DNA of 64,000 nucleotides from a virus. Taxonomy: Duplodnaviria; Caudoviricetes. The position numbers and the translations under genes were made by a program. The notes beneath the pieces are model-generated. The model saw nothing but the letters and a program-made list of their open reading frames with translations. It searched no databases and was not told where the DNA came from. The stretch lies in the IMG/VR virus record IMGVR_UViG_3300010429_001617. The stretch is one strand, 5' to 3'. Shown piece by piece: positions 58,870 to 64,000 of the stretch. Position 1 is the first letter of the stretch. Each line of letters opens with the position of its first letter.

Positions 58870-60234
58870 TTATAGATTTACTGTTTTATTGGTTGGTTTT
58901 TTTCTCATTCCACCAGGCTTTCCTTTACCTTTTCCTTTCTTCTTTTCTTCACCGCCTTCACCTTCTTCGCCAGCAAAATGATTATAAATATCTGGATAAA
59001 GTCTTTTATCAGCTCCTATGTTATAATTCAGTTTAAAATAATCGTTGAAATCTAAAAGATCACTTTTTTGTAAATTATACTCACGATTTATATTTAATAA
59101 TCTATCTACTTGAGAATTAAGTTTTTCTACAAACTGATTGAATATTTCTACTGTCTGCTCATTGAAAACTCCAACAGGTTTTTTTCGTTTTTTACTGAAC
59201 GATCCCAACAAAACTTTAAACATATATTCTATTTTTTTACTAGACTTTAAATTTTCTATCGTTTTTCTATTACTCAACAAGTCTAAATTGATTTTGAATT
59301 TCTCATCCATAAAGAATGGTGGTATATTGATCTCCCATTTATCAATATCACCTTTTATGTTTTCTATATAGTCATTGAAAATTTGGCACATCAACTCTAT
59401 ATAAATCTCATCTTTTATATCGGCTCTAATTTTATATTTGCTTATATCTACGAGCTGACAAAATTCTAGAAAATTCAATAATATTAAACTATACATTTCT
59501 ACATATCCAGTATCATTATAATATGATAATCTTTTATAAAGAGGGTTTAATATTTCGAAACTATATTCATCATTACCGTTTATTTTAATAACTATTTTCT
59601 CAAGATTATCATTGAAATTTCCAGTGTCCATTAAAAATGAATTCTCAACTTGCGGATTTAATATATCATAGAAAAATTTAGCGAAATTACTTTCACCGAA
59701 GACGTATTCTAGATCATTTTCAGATGTGTTTAAGAAAAGTCCTATTATTTCGATTTGTTTTTCATTTAATTTTCCCATATAAATAACTGGCAAAAAATCA
59801 CAATCAAATAAATTAGCATATTCTTTTATTTCATCATAATTATAAACATATCTGCTTCCTTTTATTATACACGTCAATATCAATCCATTTTTCGGAATTT
59901 TACTATATTGTATGTTGCCTGGTTGAGCATCATAAGGTGGAAAATATTCAAAACAAAACCACCAATTCATATTTAATAAATTCGTTATGTAGCTTGGTAA
60001 AGTGTGAAAATAAGAAAATGCCGAATTATAAAATTTCTGAATAGCTAAGTCTATGAAATTCAGCGGATCGTTTTTTACGCTTTTTGGTTTGATTACAAAT
60101 TTATCACCGTCCCATTTTACAAATATTCTTGATCCTTGAACATCTTCATAGATTAAAAGATCTTTATCTTTAATTATTTTTATAAATTCAGAAGATGTTT
60201 CGATGTCATTATTTAATTTTACTAACTTTGTCAT
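58870..60234 (-). CDS. hypothetical protein with degenerate RNA-ligase-like N-terminal domain
   Basis: YEDVQGSRIFV, CFEYF, LPVIYMG, EKIVIK echo ligase motifs, but the motif I Lys is absent. Confidence 0.45.
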   Translation of the reverse strand: MTKLVKLNNDIETSSEFIKIIKDKDLLIYEDVQGSRIFVKWDGDKFVIKPKSVKNDPLNFIDLAIQKFYNSAFSYFHTLPSYITNLLNMNWWFCFEYFPPYDAQPGNIQYSKIPKNGLILTCIIKGSRYVYNYDEIKEYANLFDCDFLPVIYMGKLNEKQIEIIGLFLNTSENDLEYVFGESNFAKFFYDILNPQVENSFLMDTGNFNDNLEKIVIKINGNDEYSFEILNPLYKRLSYYNDTGYVEMYSLILLNFLEFCQLVDISKYKIRADIKDEIYIELMCQIFNDYIENIKGDIDKWEINIPPFFMDEKFKINLDLLSNRKTIENLKSSKKIEYMFKVLLGSFSKKRKKPVGVFNEQTVEIFNQFVEKLNSQVDRLLNINREYNLQKSDLLDFNDYFKLNYNIGADKRLYPDIYNHFAGEEGEGGEEKKKGKGKGKPGGMRKKPTNKTVNL

Positions 60235-60329
60235 AATATATTCTTTTGTTTTTTGAATATTTTATTTATATATATAAAAAATATTGAGTCAAAAATTTAA
60301 TATATAACATAACAAATAACATCAATTAA

Positions 60330-61115
60330 ATGATCGATAAGTTTATACAATTCAATGAGTCAAGGAGATCTAAAAAAAGAAGATTTCATGGAATAGAAAG
60401 AAATTATAATAGATATAATAGAAGTTTAGAGGAATCTTCACCAGAAAATGGCATGAAACTTGATGTTTCTCCACGATTTAAGGCTGTTGTAGAAAAGATG
60501 GTCGGAATTGGTGGCCTGATAGCTAAAAATCTTTTAGAAGAAATAAATAAAAAAGAAAGACTGTTTAAAATATCTTATATAGATATATCTAGAAATCTAG
60601 ATATGTTGACATATTTACCTTTATCTGAAAAAAACTCTGGAACCGATCCTTATAAAAATCCAAAAAGAATTGGTTCTAAAATATATAAGGTCATAAGAAT
60701 GCTTTTCGAAAATAGTGTCACAAAAGAAGAAATTCAAAAATTTGTATCTGTTTTTAAAAAGGTTTGTAGTTCCGATCCAGAACGACCTTCTCCAAAACCA
60801 AAAACTGAAGTTTCAGGTGTCAAAGAAGACAAAAAAACAAATAATGAGATAATATTCAAATTAATTGAAGACACTATAGAAAATAAAATTAAGTGGGAGA
60901 CAGTACAGAACACAGATAATCTAGAAAGTTATAGGACCATTGTTAATATAACAAATAATAAAAAATTAGAAATTGATGTGTTTATAATGAAAAAAAATAT
61001 TGATCTCAGTAGTTTATCTATATTTTATATAATTAATAAAAATAATAATTTTATAAAAAGTATAAAATTTTCTGAAATAAAAGAATTTGAAGATTTGATT
61101 GAATTAATTAGATAA
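60330..61115 (+). CDS. hypothetical protein with leader MIDKFIQFNE|S
   Basis: Late promoter at 60298; paralog at 61452. Confidence 0.6.
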   Translation: MIDKFIQFNESRRSKKRRFHGIERNYNRYNRSLEESSPENGMKLDVSPRFKAVVEKMVGIGGLIAKNLLEEINKKERLFKISYIDISRNLDMLTYLPLSEKNSGTDPYKNPKRIGSKIYKVIRMLFENSVTKEEIQKFVSVFKKVCSSDPERPSPKPKTEVSGVKEDKKTNNEIIFKLIEDTIENKIKWETVQNTDNLESYRTIVNITNNKKLEIDVFIMKKNIDLSSLSIFYIINKNNNFIKSIKFSEIKEFEDLIELIR

Positions 61116-61152
61116 AATATTTTGATTAAAATTATTTAATATATAAATCTAT

Positions 61153-61470
61153 ATGGAAAAATTTAGCAATAAGTATATAGAGCAGTTTGATATTTTAAAA
61201 AAGGCTATCATAGGATTTGAGTTTGAATTTTATGCTGAAAGATCTTATTATAAATTATTGGAATTATTGAATCGTGAACTCGAACCAATTAATGTCTGGG
61301 GTCGTAGAAAATATCACTCTGATTTAGAACCGGATTCGAAAAATTTTAAAATTGAACCTGATTTATCTGGTGGCCCCAATATGATTGAATTGATCACAGG
61401 ACCAATGCCTTACCATAACGCCAAACTTATTCTTTTAAAAATTTTAAAGAAGTGTCCCCTAGATTTATAG
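61153..61470 (+). pseudogene. truncated amidoligase-like (COOH-NH2 ligase) gene
   Basis: IGFEFEF...KIEPDLS...IELITGPM N-terminal motifs only; sequence switches abruptly near 61452. Confidence 0.55.
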
Positions 61471-62105
61471 CAGCCGTTAGAAAAATGTCAGAAGTTGGTG
61501 GGTCTATCGTAAAGAAATTATTAGATGAAATAGAAAATAAAAATAATCTATACAACATATCTTATATTGATTTGTCTAGAAATCTTGATATGCTAACATA
61601 TTTGCCATTGTCGGAAAAAGATTCAAAAATAGATCCTTATAAAAATCAGAAAAGAATAGGTTCAAAAATATATAAGGTGATAAGAATGATATTTGGTAAT
61701 GAAGTGACAAAAAACGAAATACAAAAATTCGTATCTGTTTTTAAGAATGTTTGTAGTTGTGTGCCAACAACGCGACCAAAAACAAAAACCGAAAACCGAA
61801 AACAAACGGATAAAGAAATTGTTGACACTTTAATAAAAAATACCGTAGAAAATAAGATTTCGTGGAAAAATAATCAAAAAACTGAAAATTTAGAATCTTA
61901 TGTTGCTGTATATGAAATAACCGATAACAAAGAATTAGAATTCAATTTATATATATTCCCAAAAGAAGAACATATAAGTAACATGGCTATATCTTATAGG
62001 GTTAATACCACCAAAATCCTTAAAAGAGATTTTATCAAGAATATAAATTTTAGTGGCGCTGGATTATTAAGCGAGTTCAACGATCTGAAAGAATTAGTGA
62101 AATGA
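61452..62105 (+). CDS. 5'-truncated paralog of 60330..61115
   Basis: SPRF...ISYIDLSRNLDMLTYLPLSEK...KRIGSKIYKVIRM shared; lacks leader and ATG. Confidence 0.55.
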   Translation: MSPRFIAAVRKMSEVGGSIVKKLLDEIENKNNLYNISYIDLSRNLDMLTYLPLSEKDSKIDPYKNQKRIGSKIYKVIRMIFGNEVTKNEIQKFVSVFKNVCSCVPTTRPKTKTENRKQTDKEIVDTLIKNTVENKISWKNNQKTENLESYVAVYEITDNKELEFNLYIFPKEEHISNMAISYRVNTTKILKRDFIKNINFSGAGLLSEFNDLKELVK

Positions 62106-62113
62106 AAAATGAA

Positions 62114-62256
62114 TTATTTTTTCCAAACGAATTTTAAATTTCCGGAATCATAGATTCTATATATGCCGTTTTCTAACATTATTTCGTGTTCTGTTTTATT
62201 CGGATCCGATCCTTTTTTTACCAATCTGTCTTTTCTAAAATTAAATCTATTTTTTC
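62114..62256 (-). pseudogene. C-terminal fragment of the 6961/9467 endonuclease family
   Basis: KNRFNFRKDRLVKKGSDPNKTEHEIMLENGIYRIYDSGNLKFVWKK*, with an in-frame stop shortly upstream. Confidence 0.8.
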
Positions 62257-62289
62257 GTCGCCGCCCCTAAAAAATAAATCACAGAAACA

Positions 62290-62508
62290 ATGGAAAAAAC
62301 CTTTGAAAGATTTCTGAATATTTTTAAGGAAAAATCTTGTGACGACGATGATATCGCTGAAAAAATATATAAACACATTCAGGAAAATGATATTTTTGTG
62401 AATAAAGATATTCGTGGTTATCATTTTCATATTTTGTTAAATGAGACGGAAAATGATAGGGAAGATCCGTTTAATGAAGACTCAGCAAATTCTATTGAGA
62501 TTTCGTAG
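62290..62508 (+). CDS. small protein or fragment with MEKTFERFL leader and EDPFNEDS tag
   Basis: Both motifs; may be truncated. Confidence 0.45.
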   Translation: MEKTFERFLNIFKEKSCDDDDIAEKIYKHIQENDIFVNKDIRGYHFHILLNETENDREDPFNEDSANSIEIS

Positions 62509-62546
62509 ACTCTCATTTTATTCAATTAAACTACAGGACCTCTATG

Positions 62547-62618
62547 TGCGACTGGATGGATTCGAACCACCGACGAATTGCATGTAACACAATCACTCTA
62601 CCCCTGAGCTACAATCGC
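62547..62618 (-). tRNA. tRNA-Val(TAC)
   Basis: GCGATTG/CAGTCGC acceptor; ATTGT-GTTACAT-GCAAT anticodon arm; GGTGG-TTCGAAT-CCATC T-arm; no encoded CCA. Confidence 0.85.
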
Positions 62619-62629
62619 TTATATATGTG

Positions 62630-62700
62630 TGTTCCCGAATGGAATCGAACCATTGCCATTTGAATGTGACTCAAATATTCTCCCTTTAAACCACAGGAAC
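62630..62700 (-). tRNA. tRNA-Val(CAC)
   Basis: GTTCCTG/CGGGAAC acceptor; TTTGA-GTCACAT-TCAAA anticodon arm; AATGG-TTCGATT-CCATT T-arm; no encoded CCA. Confidence 0.8.
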
Positions 62701-62759
62701 AAAAAATGACAAAAAATGATTAAAAAGTATTAATATATAGAATAAAAATTATTTTTATT

Positions 62760-63134
62760 ATGAAAACATATTTAGAATTTTTAAATGAACAAGCCGCTCC
62801 AGCACCCGCTCCAGCACCCGCTCCAGCACCCGCTCCAGCACCCGCTCCAGCACCCGCTCCAGCACCCGCTCCAGCACCCGATCCAGCACCGCCCGCTCCA
62901 GCCACACAAATCCCAAAAAGAACAACTTCTTATGGTGGGAATTTAGCGAGAGCTAATGATGATAAGGTTCATGAAATAATATATAAATTAACACCTCAAA
63001 CAAAAACTGATCTTCAAAATGTTTATAAGAAAGTATTAGACGAAATCCATAAGACATTTAAAGATGATCCATCTATGACTACAAGAGATATTGCAACTGC
63101 TGTAGGAAGTATAATGTATAATCAGCAGGGATAA
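62760..63134 (+). CDS. putative internal head protein with MKTYLEFLNE|Q leader and (AP)14 linker
   Basis: Leader closely matches the T4 IPII/IPIII capsid-targeting sequence MKTYQEFIAE; late promoter at 62731. Confidence 0.7.
   Translation: MKTYLEFLNEQAAPAPAPAPAPAPAPAPAPAPAPAPAPAPDPAPPAPATQIPKRTTSYGGNLARANDDKVHEIIYKLTPQTKTDLQNVYKKVLDEIHKTFKDDPSMTTRDIATAVGSIMYNQQG
62796..62891 (+). repeat. 12-bp tandem repeat gctccagcaccc x7 plus one degenerate copy
   Basis: Read directly; encodes APAP. Confidence 0.95.
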
Positions 63135-63136
63135 TT

Positions 63137-63472
63137 TTAATTCTTCAACCTATTGAATAATTCCATTTTTTTATCAGGGAATATTTTAATAAAAATTTCA
63201 CAAGGTGAAAATCTATTATCCCCTCTCAAATTATAATCCGACTTTCTTAAATTAGATAAGTCGGATTTTTCATTTATAATTTCGTCAGATGTTATTGTAC
63301 ATGGACAACATCTCAAATCCAATTTTATTACTCTTTTCGTATATCCAATAGATTTTAAATCTCTATAAATTTCCGAGTTTTCATTTAATGCGTTTCTTGT
63401 GACTTCGTTTGCGTAGTATCTCAACCATTGCAATTCTAGGTCAATAAATTTGTTCAATTCTTCTAATTTCAT
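63137..63472 (-). CDS. hypothetical protein
   Basis: 111-aa ORF. Confidence 0.6.
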   Translation of the reverse strand: MKLEELNKFIDLELQWLRYYANEVTRNALNENSEIYRDLKSIGYTKRVIKLDLRCCPCTITSDEIINEKSDLSNLRKSDYNLRGDNRFSPCEIFIKIFPDKKMELFNRLKN

Positions 63473-63611
63473 TATTATTTTATTTCTGGATATTTTTTAA
63501 TCATATCATTATCTAGTATATAATCCTTTGAATCCCCCAACCATTTTCTTAATATATTCTCTATTATATTTATATCTAAATCTGGATCAAAACAAATAAT
63601 GGATTGATCTC

Positions 63612-63731
63612 GCAGACAAGGGCATTTTTGCCGCTAAACTTATATCAAGCAATGAAAAGATGTTTAAATATGATTTGATTTGGAAAAAAGGGGAAAGGAT
63701 AAGTGGTTTCTTGAATTCTAAAAGGCAACCA
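63612..63731 (+). pseudogene. internal fragment of an N6/N4 DNA methyltransferase
   Basis: FAAKLISSNEKMFKYDLIWKKGERISGFLNSKRQP resembles the F...Li.SN...FkY..IW.K...tGfLnak.qP segment of beta-class MTases. Confidence 0.6.
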
Positions 63732-64000
63732 AATTTGTTTCCTTTATTTTATCTCTAATGAGATCTATCTTTAGGGGGGATGTGACACCATATTTTTTCA
63801 AATTTGTTTCCTTTATTTTATTTTTTATTTCATTATTTTGAGTGAAGTGTTTACACCCGTATTTCTTCATGGATGTTTCTTCAACAGATTTCTTGTATTC
63901 ATCGGTTTTTGTATAATGATCCACCCCGTATTTTTTTAGAGTTGTGTTTTTCACTTTATTGTTCGCACAAATAGAAGAACACGCATAAAAACCACCGTTT
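63718..64000 (-). pseudogene. KYG-repeat endonuclease-family gene, truncated at its 3' end (starts beyond window)
   Basis: TLKKYGVDHY, MKKYG, NLKKYG repeats end abruptly at the MTase fragment, with no nuclease domain. Confidence 0.6.

Noticed and set aside
794-61828. Many 60-130-aa ORFs nested in or antisense to longer genes (e.g. 2509, 5679, 9910, 18391, 24367, 35661, 42811, 59138)
   Set aside because: Typical shadow ORFs of AT-rich coding DNA; Phe/Ser/Ile-rich, with no motifs or promoters
62720-62905. Minus-strand (GA)n ORF
   Set aside because: Antisense of the AP repeat; the plus-strand gene carries the leader and promoter
1-64000. Stop-codon reassignment as in some large Bacteroidota phages
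   Set aside because: Conserved genes (gltX, gmd, GT2, spike) are full length in code 11, and TAA, TAG and TGA all occur as sensible stops
1-64000. Eukaryotic giant virus origin (TATA-like motifs, LRR, collagen, aaRS)
   Set aside because: T4-like baseplate and neck genes, bacterial-type GltX/PpsR/TelA, overlapping operons and rho-independent terminators indicate a bacteriophage

Overview
Very AT-rich 64-kb segment of a large (jumbo-type) T4-like myophage, read in the standard genetic code. Scattered virion genes include gp25-like and gp6-like baseplate wedge proteins, gp26/gp51-like hub proteins, a gp13-like neck protein, a collagen-like fibre and a three-module beta-helix spike. These are interleaved with homing endonucleases, replication/recombination helpers (clamp-like, UvsY-like, ligases, kinase), host-type metabolic genes (gltX, gmd, PEP-synthase regulator, TelA, HD hydrolases, a PgaC/PgaA-like pair, a divergent adenylosuccinate synthetase with a vWA partner), two tRNA-Val genes and one tRNA-like RNA. 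The host is probably Bacteroidota (GltX type, TAnnTTTG promoters, no Shine-Dalgarno sites). Three short peptide codes stand out. (1) About 18 unrelated proteins, including GluRS, a DHH phosphoesterase, a GIY-YIG nuclease, an LRR protein and DUF192, carry a ~10-aa N-terminal leader resembling the T4 capsid-targeting sequence (MKHLKLYE|Q, MKTYLEFLNE|Q), most of them behind a TAATATATA late-type promoter. (2) About 15 copies of an acidic DDPWGEExWG tag close individual domains and are often followed by a putative prohead-protease site, suggesting virion-packaged polyproteins. (3) An [S/T]-G-x-T motif is strongly enriched in outer virion proteins, in a genome that also encodes sugar-nucleotide and glycosyltransferase genes. 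The last 3 kb is a mosaic of gene fragments. All calls come from motif recognition by eye; no database search was run.
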